DNA from: Octopus sinensis
Taxonomy: Eukaryota
DNA: 64,000 nucleotides
Reading direction: 5' to 3'
Assembly: GCF_006345805.1 (NCBI RefSeq)
Contig: NC_043014.1
Coordinates: forward strand, 53,320,001 to 53,384,000
Below are positions 39,252 through 53,206 of this stretch, in pieces. Each line of letters begins with the position of its first letter. The stretch's first letter is position 1. Position numbers and translations under genes: made by a program. Below the pieces are notes generated by a model that worked only from the letters and a program-made list of their open reading frames with translations, did no database searches and was not told the origin of the DNA.

Positions 39252-42200
39252 GCTCACACATAACTCAAGGAAAAATAGAAATCATACTACTACAGTGTGG
39301 GCTAAAGTAACCAGAGCATTTCCTGGTAGCATCAGTACTGTTGGAAAATTCCTCTGTGTGTGTTGTGCATTTATGGAGTTTGAAAGATTGCCTGGAAACA
39401 GAAGGCAAGCTATACAAGCTTGTCAGTTTATTGTTTCCATAGCATGAAACTAGCAGAAACTGGAATTTAAATTCTGTGCATATTAACTGATCTCCATGCC
39501 TTTATATATTTTCAGCCTTTTCTGAAGTGATGAAAAAGTTGTGGACATCCCGCATGGAAGTCACACCAGCTGTGTTTAGAAACAGTATTAAAAAATTAAA
39601 TAGTATTTACCAAGGTTTTGGGTGAGTTCCTCTCGGCTTTATTTTCAGTTTTCTAAATTCTTTATTTAACGTTTGAAATTAACTTTATGTCCTCTCGACC
39701 TTGGTATAAGGGTAAAATTGTGAGTCCCTTATTTCCTTTAAGTAATTGTGTGTATGTGTGTGCGTGTTACAGCTCTCTCTCCCCCTCTAGCTGTCGTGTT
39801 CTTGAGATTCTGCTGGATCAAGGATCTATTTATGTCTGGTTGTGACTGGGTGGCCACCAGAAACAAGATTGAAGCCACACTAATACAAACACATATACTT
39901 TATTGTGAATTGATGACAGAGCATGTGTCTGTATGCACTTACACACATCATCATCATCATCATTGTTCGACCGTGGTCGAGACAATGGAATTTACCATGC
40001 TACGCCAGACTTCACGGTCCATCATGGCATTATGGAGGTCCTGTTGCCTGTATCCCTGGAGATTACATCAGGGTAGGAGAGTGTGCGCCCTCTGGCATTG
40101 CGAGTAGATTGCTTCCAGAGGAGAAGAGTAGAAATTACTTCTTTTTCAGCTCTACAACGTCCAGCAAACTGGACTCTCCTACCTTTCACACAGGTGGTAG
40201 TTTCCCATATATTTGCATTTTGGTTGGATGGCGCTTCCACGAGAGATTTTGAGCTCTCATAAGGAGGCGAGTGTAGGTTCCATCCAACCGCCTCTCAAGC
40301 TTCTTTGATAACGTCCAGGTTTCTGAGCCACAGTCGAACCAATTCTACTTACACACACACACACACATACAGCTGCTAACAAATTTTTGTATTTACTGTT
40401 TGTTTATTTTCTATCTCTTTTTTTTTTTCCCCAATAGTCAAGAAGATGCCCATGAGTTCTACAATCACCTGATCAATGGCTTACATGAAGAACTTGACAC
40501 AACGAAGAAATCCGGACCCAAAGGGTACCTGAATACTCTTCTGCTTTTATTTCATAGACATTTCTAATCTAGAAAAGAAACCATCCTTGCTATTGATACA
40601 TAACAAAAGGTCTTTTGAGGTAGGGAGTAGGGGAGGGGATGAACAGTAAATTGACCCCAGTATGTCTTTTCGCAACCCCAGAAGAATGGAAAGTAAAGCT
40701 GAATTCTGTGCAAGATCAGTTTTATCTTTCGCCATTGTTAGGTTGATAAAATATGTACATCTCAAGCAGAGGGGTCAGTGTAGACAATGAGGCCTTGTAC
40801 CTATGTTAGAAATCCATATGGGGTTAACGATAGAGATAGGTTGCTATGGTAATATATAAGGTAAACGGATAATGCATGCTGGGTAAGATGTATTTTAAAG
40901 TTGATATTCCATGACAAGTAATAATCTCTGGAAAAAAGCACTCAATCCATGCTGTAGAATGGTTGGCATCAGGAAGGGCACCCAGCTGTGGGAACCATGC
41001 CAAAGCAGGCACTGGGGCTTAATGCAGCCCTTGAATACACCAGATCCTTTCAAACCATCCAACCCATACCAGCAGAGAACATGAATGTTAAATGATGGTG
41101 ATGATGATGATATTCTTTTTTTCTTTCCAGGATCAACCAAGCATCTTGGTATGACTTCTGTAAAGGTGACACTAAAATTACAGGTAAGTGTCTTTAGCTA
41201 ATTAACCCTTGCTTCTTCTTATCAGAATTATAGGGAGTTAAAAGCCCATAAAGTGTCAGGCTAGCAAAATGAAGGGCTTCCTCGTTACTGTATTTTCTCT
41301 GGCAAAAAGTACCGGTACCTGACGTTGACTTGGTTGTAAGTCGATACCAACAGTGGTTGGTGCAGCCTCAACACTGTAAGCAACTGGATAGAGAGAGAGG
41401 GAAACAGGACTAACTGGGATAAATGCATCGTTGACTTCCCAATATCCTGAACTCAACCGTCCCCCTCCCCGCTTCCATGGCTTGTTGGTAATTGAACAAG
41501 AGGAACACACACAGTTATCTCCCTTCGTAGTATGAACGTCTTCCACTGGTTTTACTTATATACTAGCAGTATCACCCGGCGTTGCTCGGGTTTGTTTCGA
41601 CCCTTTAGAATTGGAATTTTGGGAAAGTAAAAATTTTGCATTATGTAGCTTTTTTTTTTTTTTGTTAAAATACACCGAAAAATGGCAAGACGGCAGTCAA
41701 AAAATCGTAAAAAAATAGGGATTTTCATGGAAAAAAAGCACCTTTTTGATGTAAATAATTTTTGGTGTTCACATGGTCTATCATACTCTCAATTTTGGCC
41801 AACTTGCGCTGCAGGGTCTCGGAGGAGATAGTGTTAGTTGAAGGCTACCAAACCTGCCATGCACAGACAACTTCAGCTTTATATAAAGAGAGATTTATAA
41901 TATAACTGCATATGTGGGTAGGTGGGGGGTTATTGGTGCAAATGACTTTAGAGCCCCCCCCTCAACACATCAGTCGAGTAAACTGCAGCAAGCAGAACAG
42001 CGGACCACAACACAATGAAGGTACATTCGAACCCTTGGCTCTCTGCTCCACACTGATCCAACACTCTTAACCTCTTCTGCCACAATTTATGACAATTTAT
42101 TAAGAAATGTTGGTGAAAGCAAAAAGGGATTCAGTGTAGTCTTCTTTTTTTTTTTTTTCTTTTACTGGTTGCAATCATAGGACTGTGGCCATGCTGGGGC

Positions 42201-45200
42201 GCTACTACCTTCAGGGGTTTTAGGGGATTATATCAACCCCAACTCTTTGATGTACTTACTTTATTAATCCCATAAGAAAGGAAAGGCAGGGTGTCTTTGA
42301 AGGGAGATCACTCGGAACTAAATACCACAAGGTATTTTTTGTTCACAGCACAGGTTTTTGTCTGCCCTACACACACACACAGACACACTCACCTGTACAT
42401 GTACACACACTTGCACACACACACACACGCACACACGTGTGTGTGTGTGTATAATTAGACATGCATTAATATAAACGAGGGTGTGGATGGGAGAAAATGC
42501 TCAGAATTATGATTGGAAGGATTTCTAAATTATTGAAAACTGAATCTTCACAAATTGATGTTATTCTGAGTTGTTGCTGATCATCAAATGATTATTGAAA
42601 AATGAAGTAAAATTGATTTTTCATTGAATACAGAAAAACTTGAATGAAATGTTCTGCACTGATAATGATGAACTGGGACGAAAAAAATATTTTTTAAATG
42701 TACTTTTTTATTCTTTCATATGCGATAGAATTAGTGAAGCGAAATCTATAGCAGGAAGACATTTGCTCAAGGTTCCATAGAACCGAATGGAACGCAAAAG
42801 AACACATAACACGTAAACACCCATGTTCATGTGGGTTTCAAGTTATTTCTGAAACACAGGGCTGACATAGTTTTTGGCCCTTAAGAGAAGTTCCAATTTT
42901 TAGGATGTGATTCTAACTGTTAAGGATATGCTTTTTTGTCAAGAGAGATCCTTGATGACGAGGCCCAGCATTTGGAAAACTGAAGGCTCTAGCTGAGTGT
43001 CTGTTATGTTTAGTGGGGTGGGCTGTGGTTGAGTTTTCTCAATAGGGGTAGGTCTTGACTTTTCCAAGAATGGCCTGGCATTACTGAAGGATTCTCTTAA
43101 GGTCTCTCTTTATGGAACCAATGCAGGTTTGGTGTGTGGATGATAAATGGTTGAGGAAAGTTTGGAAAGAATGAAGGTTTCTCTCATCTGTGTAGGAGTG
43201 AGTATTGATGGATATGGAAACAAATAGGTCATTGATGTACAGAAAGAAGGGGATGGGGCAGAAACTAAACCCTGGGGCTTAACAGAATCGATTCGGAATG
43301 AGACAGGAGGAGCTGCATCTACACATGTTGTAACGATGGGATCAGATAAGAAGCTACCATTCCAAAAGATGAGAGAGGAGAAGGGAGCCCATTGGTAGGA
43401 AATTTGCATACCAGACCCAGTCAAAGGGTTTGGTGATGTCCAAGGGAACAAGTCTGAAACATAAAATCTAAAAGTATTTGTAAATTCAATAAGTTAGGTG
43501 GGGGGATGTCTGTTTTGGAGGACACAGATCTTTCAATGAGTTTAGGGAAGGAGCTTAGTCTTAGATATACCATGTTTGAGTAAAAACGAAATGGTCCCAG
43601 ACAGCTGGTGTACCTCTGGTCGTAGATCTATTTCATCAGGGCTAACCCCCTCATCTCACATCAAAATCTCAGATTATGTCAAACACCTGACACTTTGATG
43701 GACAACCTCCATATTCCCATCACTTCCCACACCATTAGCAACACCGTCTCCCTTACTTCAACACCACCCTCACTTCAGTTGGACACCATATCTTTTAATG
43801 AGCCACCAAGTAAGTTTCTACATGGTTGCTCAATCTGTTAGAAATAGCAGCCAAGTCTCTGCGATCACATTCTACTAAATAACAGTAAGGGTCAAATCAG
43901 ATAATGTAGTCCTTGGTAGCTAAGCAGGATGGTCAGATCAAGAATACCTTTAATCCTGGATCTGCTTAATCAGGTTTGGGAGCAAACACCTGCACCAACC
44001 ACTTTCTTGAAACAACCGTCCACACTTGCTCTGTTGTAAACTTTAAAAAAAAGAAACACCTCAGTAGATAATGTAGACCTAGATAGGATGGGTCATGGCT
44101 GGAATGCCTTGGATCATAGGTCTGCTAATCACGACTAGCCACTGGCTAAATAACAATTCTATTTTTTTAACTCTGATTCTTCTGGTTAACAATCCTCGAA
44201 ACAGGAAAATCTACATTTCTTAGAGGAAGAAGAAAACGGAAAAATGCAAAAGCATGGAGAATCTGTGAAAGACTCTTTTTGGACGCAGTTGGAATACTTG
44301 GAAATTGTTGCAGCTTTTTTCAGTGAAGCTTTTAGATTTGCCAGTATTTTGCTGTTTTTTAAATGTCTTCCTGTGAGTAATTTATGCATTCTAGTGTTAA
44401 CCGCTCAATGACGATCTCTTGCTCTGTTGCAGATATTTTCGCTATGCAGATGAAGCACAATTATGAATGTCTTGAGTGTTACTCAAAATCAACTGAGTAC
44501 CACACAAGTTTTGATATGTCCTTGCCCATGAAGAAGGTAGGCCCTTGTTTTCTCATCATCTGTCTATATTACAACATCAGTTTCTCACTTTCTGTTCTTA
44601 TCATCATCATCGTCATCGGACACGTACGTCAGTTTGACAGGGTCCAGTGAGCTGAAGGACTATGTTGAGCCCTTGTGTCTGCTCTGGCATAGTTTCTATG
44701 GCTGGATGCTCTTCCTGATGCCAACCACTTTATAGGGTGTAAAGTGGTAACCTGTGTGGTTGATTAGTATCAATTGCAATTTTGAAAGGACAGGAGATAA
44801 TGTGGTGGGTGGTTGAATTAGTAGAGCATCCAATAAATTTCCTTGTAGAATGTTCTGAATTCACTTCTTGTCCTAACATCCTTCCAAGGGCAACAAAACA
44901 CATACCAGTTGATAAAAAATTATGTACCAGCTTTGTAGATTGTGAATTGGGAGTCATTAGGGCATCAGGTAGAATGATTTGCAGTATTTGTTGTGATGTT
45001 TGGAATTCTGAGATCAAATACTCCTTGGATCAACTCTGTCTTTTTCGGGGTCAATAAATAAAGTATTAATCTAAGTTGGTGGATTGCGGAACCAAATGCC
45101 TTGAAATATTGGTTCTGAATCTTTGTATTTTGAGTTCAAATCCTATCATGGCCTGTTTGGGTGGAAGACTTAATCCATCATCTAATCTAGTACTTTGAGT

Positions 45201-48200
45201 ACCTTTAGCAGAGTCCATTCTGTTCAAAGTCTTTAGACCAGTCTCTGGTTTAAGAATACCTTCCTCCCTCTCACTATTCTTGGAGATCCTCTGAAGATTC
45301 GTAGGCCCTGCATTTTCCCTCCCCTGACTAAGAAAAAAATTAAAGAAAAGAACCTAAAAGTGAGTGACCCTGCATGGCCACAACCCAAAGACTGCTCCCT
45401 CCATGCTCTTGCTTGATGGGGCTGGGGTCATCCCAGGTTAGGGATCCCAAAGATATCATCATACATAGAGCCAACCAGGTCCACCAGTTCTCTCCATCTC
45501 TGGAAGTCCCATGCCAGCCCCTCTGCATCCTCCAAGGGGATGTCTGATCTTCCTTAAGCACGTCCAGCCATCTGGTATGGAGCTAGTCACGGGGCCTCTT
45601 CCAGCTTGCAACTTCTACATCAAATGAGAGAGTAAAGCCCTGGTGGAATGGTCCAGCATGTCTATAGCAGCTCGTGTGATGGACAGCTATGAGGTGGGAG
45701 GCTGCAGGTTGATGGCTGCCTGCAACTAGTAAAAACATTTTATAAGAGACAAAGAAGATTATAAATGATTGAAATTGTGTCAGTTGTGGTGGGGTTGTTT
45801 GACCCCTGATTCAACCTTAATTGAGCTGACATTTTGTCTAAGTGATTCCAACTTTGCAAATCCAGTTCTTTCTTTCCTGGACACAATCTTCTCAGGATCA
45901 CATTATCCAATATATCCTTCTTTTCTGAGGTAGTAAAGTATAATTTGTGAGAAATTTGGCTGCTATTTCTAGCAGGGTGAGCAACTCTATGTTGCTCTCA
46001 TGCCAGGAAGCAGACATCAGTTAGATCACTCAAATTGTGCTAACTTTTACTTTCTGCCGCTGGACTGACAGAATTCTTGGCAGACCAAGCAAAATGCTTT
46101 TCAGCATTTCGCCTGTCGTCTTTATGTTCTGAGTTCAAATTCTTCTGAAGTCGACTTTGCCTTTCACCCTCTCAGGGTCAATAAAAGAAGGACCAGTTAA
46201 GCACTGGAATCGATGTTATCGACTTACACCCTCCCCCAAAATTGCTGACCTTGTGCCAAAATTTGAAATCAATATTTACTGGTACTTGGAGGGGTTTAAG
46301 GCATGTCCATCCCTAACAAAAATTGAACTCAAAACATATAATGATAAGAACAATTTTCTCTAATTTTGGCACAAGGCCAGCAATTCTGATGGGGGGGGTG
46401 CAGTTGATTGCATCAACCCCAGTCCATAACTGGTACTTATTTTACTGACTCTGAAACAATGAAAGGCAAAGTCAAGCTCATTGGGATTTAAATGTACAGC
46501 ACGACTAAATACCACAAGGCATTTTGACCAACACCCTAACAAATAAGGATCCCTTACATTTGGCACAAGATTACATCCCCTTGAATAAGGGACAAAACCT
46601 ATTTAATCAGTCCCCAGTGCTCAGGATTGAACATCACTACATCACAGATATTAATCCACTATCTTCTGTTGATTCTCCCAGTCTACCATAGATACTAAAT
46701 CTGATAATCCCTATCCCCTCATGAAGCTGTTAATCCTTCCATCCCCTCCTCTCCCCATCACCCTTCCTTCAAGCAACCACCATCTAATCCGATGCTCCTC
46801 TCTCACTCTTGGATTCCTTTCTCTCTTTCAGGCATTCCGCACTATAAACATGGAAGATATTATTGAAGATTTTATAGAATCTACTTCAAATAATGTAAGT
46901 GATTTATTTGTGTCATCCACCATACAGCGGTTGTTATGGCAACGCTAATGTACCTAATAGAGTGAGCCAAAATAACTTCATTTAAAGAAGATTTCCATCT
47001 CCCAGTGTGGAGAGGGAAACAAGTGTTGAAGGCAAACAGGGGAGACGACTCCAACATCTCAATCAATAACATTTAGTTACGATCAAACATTCTAGAAGGT
47101 CCCAGCCAGTCATTCGAGTCTGCAGGATTTTCTCGAGCAATTTTAAACTTTTATACCAAATATTTTGTCAACAAAAACAACTCTCATTCATTACAGGCTT
47201 CTAAGGGACACTGCGAACGAGCGAATATGACAAATGATTGCTATTGTTTGTCATAAAGTGCAACCCATGGCAGGGACCAGTTTTATTAATTTAATTGAGG
47301 TGAAAGCATGGCTGTGGATTTAAAGTCTGCTTCTAGGCCTCATGATTTTCGGTTCAGTCTCACTGTGTGGCACTTTGAGCATGTATCTAATGCTAAAGCC
47401 TCAGGCTGACCAAAGCTTTGTGAGTTGGTCAACAGAAACTGAAGGAAGCTCATAGATAAGTCTGCCTGTTACGGTCCCAGATTGTAAAAGCTGTAGAAAA
47501 ATAATAGTTTAGTTAGTGTTGGGGTATTGACTAGTTAGCATAAAAATTCTAATTAGAAATATATATGTGGCAGAAGAAAAGACAAGGATTAGCTCAATGA
47601 CTGGTATTATTTTAATTATTTCAGTAAACATGGAAGACAACTCTGGACACATTTCTGTTTTATTTAACCTCTTCAGTTAAATATAGACTTCAAATATATT
47701 GAGGTTATGAAAAGATAGACACTAAGTACATGAATAGACATGAATCACTGACATTACTCAGAGACGCCATCTGTATGGTAAAAACAATAGTTAAGTTAGT
47801 GTTGTCATTTAATGCAGTGAGTATTAAATAGATGGACTTCACCATCATCAAGTTTGTTGTTGTTTAGGTTCAAGTAAACCTTGAACAAACAGAACTATAA
47901 TATAAGGCATTCCTGTGTCCACCCCTCATTGTATTTTTTTAGGTATTGCGTACCTTGGACTATAAGATCCAATATGTCCTTTTTAAGATGTTATTAAGAT
48001 TTTAAATAGATTTCACTTTCTATTTCTAATGGGCTGAGCAACTACTTAGAGCTCCCTTAATGAATCATAATTAAGTTAGTGTTAAGATGTTTAATTCATG
48101 CATCATTAAAGATTTGGCCAGAATTAAATAAACAGAGAGGAAACATTAGCAATATTAGTCTAAGAATATTATTATTATTATTATTGAATTCTGTTGATAA

Positions 48201-49456
48201 TCAGAAACAGATGGTGGGCATGTTTCACTTTCATTCCAACCTCATCAGTGAAATAATCTTCATATTTGCAAAATTATTGATGAATAAATCTCTAAATACA
48301 TCTATGTGAATGAATATTTATACAACCCTATGAAGGAGTCTTTCTGTGGTCACCCAGCTTGCAAGAAACAGCAGCCAGATCTCCCTCCAATTACCTCTTA
48401 ACCCTAAAAAAGAAAAACAAGGATATGTTGGATAGTGTAGTCATATACACACTTTGGTTAAAAACAAAAATATAAAATGACAAGATGGCCATGGTTGGAA
48501 CAGGTCTGACCCGGAGCTAAATGAAAACAACCTCAGATAATCCCAAGCGTCTGCATCGATATTTATGATGGACTCTCCTGTTGAAGACGACTTAGGAGTA
48601 TTCAGCCTTTTTGCTGAACGAGCTGCACAAAGGATTTGTTTCTGGGGATCGACTGTTTGTGCTGCACATTAAGGTCACCTGTCCCTTCATCAAATCAATG
48701 TTGTCTGAACAGGTGCACAGGTGTACCACGTGTCAAGTGTTGAAGTGGTCACAAAGCAACGTGAGAGGAAGTGTTCTGCTCAAGAACACAACACACCACC
48801 TGCTCTGGGAACTGAAACCGCGATCATGAGTGCAACACCCTAACCACTGAACCATGCACCCTCAAACACACACACACACACACACATATATGGGTGTTCT
48901 GTAATTATAAAAAGCTGTAGATATTAATTAAAAGAAAGGACTTATTACGAGTGTAGTCAGGTGTGAGGAATAATTTTATAAGGAGTGACTTCCAAGTTTC
49001 ATTAGTATAAATGTGTGTGTGTCTGTGTGTCCGTGTCTGTAGATGGAAAAATGGATGGAAGCATGCTTGTGTGTGTTTGGAAAGGTCAATGGAAAGTACT
49101 CACACTAGGAAAAAAATTTCTTCCCAAAAAGCTTAGTAACATCCCAATAAAAGATTTTATAACTTTTTTTAAAATCCTCTTTATACTTAAAAACTATATT
49201 AAGTAATTTTTCACATATATATATATATATATATATATATACTGTATTTTAACGTGTATAAGGAGCCCCCTAATTTTTGGTGCTTAAAATTTGGAAAAAA
49301 GGTTTTGTAGGGGATTATAATACTATCAATGTATAAGAAACTCCCATATTTTTTTAACCTAATTTTTGACAAAAAAGGGTTCCTTATACACGTTAAAATA
49401 CAGAATATATCATTGTTTAACATAACATTTGTGTTCCATGCTGGCTTGAATTGTAC

Positions 49457-49504
<48 letters not shown>

Positions 49505-51074
49505 TACTTTTTTTTCTCTTTTCCAGATGTGCAAGAAATGTTCCAAACTAACTCTACATAATTGTAAAAAAGAATTTGTTCATTTACCTGAAGTATTAGT
49601 TTTATGTATCCTTTTCTTGACAAAAGAAGATGGTGCAAGAATAACTCTGAGTGAATAGGGGTTAGGTTAGGGTTGTGAACCCTTGGATCTTGGGTTCAAA
49701 TCCATTGCAATTAATTTGTTGTTTAAACTGAAACCATTTCGTTATGGTAACTACACCAGAGATGAGGCACCTGTGCCAGGTGTGGCTTTTGAGGCACTTA
49801 GATATGGCCTTCTGAAAGATGTTTTGGATTTTTCATAGAAAGAAACGTTTTCTTGAATGCACTGTATTCATCATCATCATCATCATCATTGCTTTTACTT
49901 CCACTTTTCCATGCTGGCATGAGTTGTATGCAAACTTTTACCAGATGCCCTTCCCTGGCACCAACAGTTTCGCTCACCTCTTTCAACCCACAGCATTACA
50001 CGATTCCTATTCGAAAGACTAGGATGCATTATGCTCTCAGCAACAAGGAATACATCTTTATCGTCTGTCTGTCTGTCTTCCATGCTGGCATGGGTGGAAT
50101 GGTTTGACAGGAGCTGACAAACCAAAGAGCTGCACCAAGCTCTGTTGGCTGTTTTGGCATGATTTCTATGGCTAGATGCCCTTCCTAACATGCCAACCAC
50201 TCCATAGCGTGTATTGGGTGCTTTTTACATGGCACCAGCTCCCTATTTATGTATAGAATTATAATTAAGTTATTAAAGGAGAGTTTACCTTTATTATTTT
50301 CCCCAATAAATGTTTTTACAATTTCTTCATAAAATTAATGTTTCTTTAATGCCTCTCTATTTGTTCACAATTAATTAATTTAATGTGGTCTTCAAATATA
50401 AAAAGATTCTCAAAATCCCCACCACCCACCATTGTTCCCTTTACATTTCCTGCCACCCTTACAGAAAGTTCTGCCCTCAGTCGATATTTCTAGTTCCTAC
50501 CTTGACCAACCTCTTTAGATTTCCAACGAGCAGAGAAGCTGGGTAAATTAAAAACAGAGATGCAATACCCTGTTGAAAATCTAAATTTTACGAAATATGC
50601 CATAAAAGGTAAGCTATATAAAACCAATCAAGTAATTAATGCAATGAGTAATTAAAAGCTGAGAAATAACTGTGGTGAAGAAAAAACAACATGGACTCAA
50701 TGACTGATATTAATTTTATCAGTGGATTGTTTGGTTTAACGATATTGTACACCTCGTTAGTGATGTAGTTGTCACTAATTTGGCTTGTATCGTGAAGGTT
50801 AAGGCTTTTTTGAAAAGGTCAGAATAAGACCAAAACATATCTAAACTTGGCTCTCATACTTGCTAAAAAAGGTTTTGAAAATTTTATTAGTATGATTTGA
50901 GTTAATGTTTTCTCTTCACAGCATCAGTATTTCTAATTAGACATTAAATATATTAATACTAAATTAACTATTGTTCTTCATGCAGATGATGTCTCTGAGT
51001 AATTAATCACAGGGATTTTTGTTATGTTCGTTTATATGTACATATATATGTATGTATATATATGTATATGTATG

Positions 51075-51122
<48 letters not shown>

Positions 51123-53175
51123 CAAAAGCCCCACCCCACCCCAAACATTTAAACCAAATTTTCTCAAAACAACTTGTCCGACCGTCCCATAGGCCTCCCC
51201 TTTGAGAAACACTGATTTAACCTAAATTTGAGACACCAGAAAGAGAAGAAATAAAGATAGACTTTTTTTCTATTCCAAAGAAAAATGATTTTATTCACAC
51301 AAATATGCAACCGAAGAGTTTAAAGTACCAGTAATGATAAGGCTGTTGACTGGGAGAACGCAAACATGGTTTAAACAGTAAGCTTGGCAGGAAAGAAACG
51401 TGCCTTTAAGCAGTACAAGAACAACAAAAAATGGAAGGTGCAGTTATGTACGGGTTGACGGAAGAAAAGCAGGACAAAAACGGCTTTATCGATCGCATTC
51501 TCACCTGGAATCGATTTTTGTAATTTTTTCAAGACTTATAGACGCCCTGATACCATCGGTATCTACATGTCAAATTTGAGTGCAATTGGATGGAGGATGC
51601 CTGACATCCTAGAAGACACACAGACAGACAGACAGAACGGATTTTATATAAGAGATATATATAACACAGAGTGTGTGTGTGTGTGTGTGTGTTGTTCCAC
51701 ATATGGCAATATTGTGGGTCATCAATATATAAGATAAAAATTCTTCAGACGATTATCCTTGGTTTTAGAGTTAAACATTAAATTCTATCTCTCTTTCAAT
51801 CTTCATTTCGCTTTCTTTGATCTCCAACCTTTGACTCCTCTCAAGCGTCCCTTGACTCTCCACATATTACCAGGCGAGACTTGAACCAGAATTCCAGTTC
51901 TCCAATCGTTCATCATTTCACCTGTCATCCATGAAGCCTTAAATTGCCAAAACCCTAATTGACTCCTTTATTCTTCAGGTAACCCTAAATTGGCCACGTA
52001 TACCCTGTACGCTATTTGTCTCCATGCCGGGGACTGTGCCACAAGCGGACATTACTGGGCAGAGTGTCGACACCCGAAAACCTCAGAATGGAACAAATAC
52101 AACGACACACGGTAAGTAGACAATAAAAGTAAATCCCACCATGGCAACCACCTCCTATTTCTGTCAAGTAAAAGAAGTGGGGTGGAGTGAGTTCTGTCTA
52201 GTTTTGCTCTGACTTGACATATTTGATTAGAAAACAGATATTTACAGAATGAATAGATAGACTGATAGACACACAGACAGACAAAGGAGCAGAGTGTAGA
52301 TGGGTGGGTGGATGGCATGGATGGATCGGGTATGAAACGTTTCCCTGTTCTTGCCAATCAGTTATTCATAAGCAACACCAACAACTGAACAGTTTGCGTG
52401 CCTCCCCAGCCTTCTTTCCTTGCCCACCTCCACAAAACATCCACCTTCAAATTGTATTAAGTTTGAAGGAAATCTGCAGTACAGGTTCAATTCCCAACTG
52501 AATCACTTCATTCACTTCTTGTGCCTAAAATTAGTCTCTAAACATTAACATTGAGACAGATGGGACCCTGCTCAATGGTATTCTACATGTTTTTTATTTA
52601 TTTTTTTTTCTGGCAGAGTTTATCTTGGACTATATTATGCAATGTGTTCTTTCGGTTTTTTTAAGACCGTCTGGTATGACCTGAGGGAATTTTACTCTTG
52701 TTTTCTAGTTGTATAAGTGCAGGCATGAGTGTAGAGGTTACAAGTTTATCTTTCTTCTGAGATTCTGCCAGGTTCAATCCCACTGCACAACAGCAGCTTC
52801 TTCTTCCTCTTTCATCAGTCAAAGCTTTGAGAGTGAAACTGTATGGAATCCCATCGGATGGACCATGACCATCTGACCATCCCTTTTGTGGATTGTTGAA
52901 CACTGCTATCATCTAAACATTGGGCGTCTTTAGCAAAATGAACTTACCATCTTTTGGCCGTGGAGTTCAATCTCAGAACACCATATTCCCTTCCATTTTA
53001 CTTGGGGGTGGCCAGGAAACAGCTGACAAAATATTCTTGCATCTTGCTCTCTCTCTCTCTACTATGAGAAAGTCACAGGAAAAAAATAGTTGAACAACTC
53101 AGCCATATGGAAGCTCCCTCTTTGGGTTAATTCTTTCACTGTCTGTTTTTTAGGGGTAGCAAGAGTGGGGTGGGG

Positions 53176-53206
<31 letters not shown>

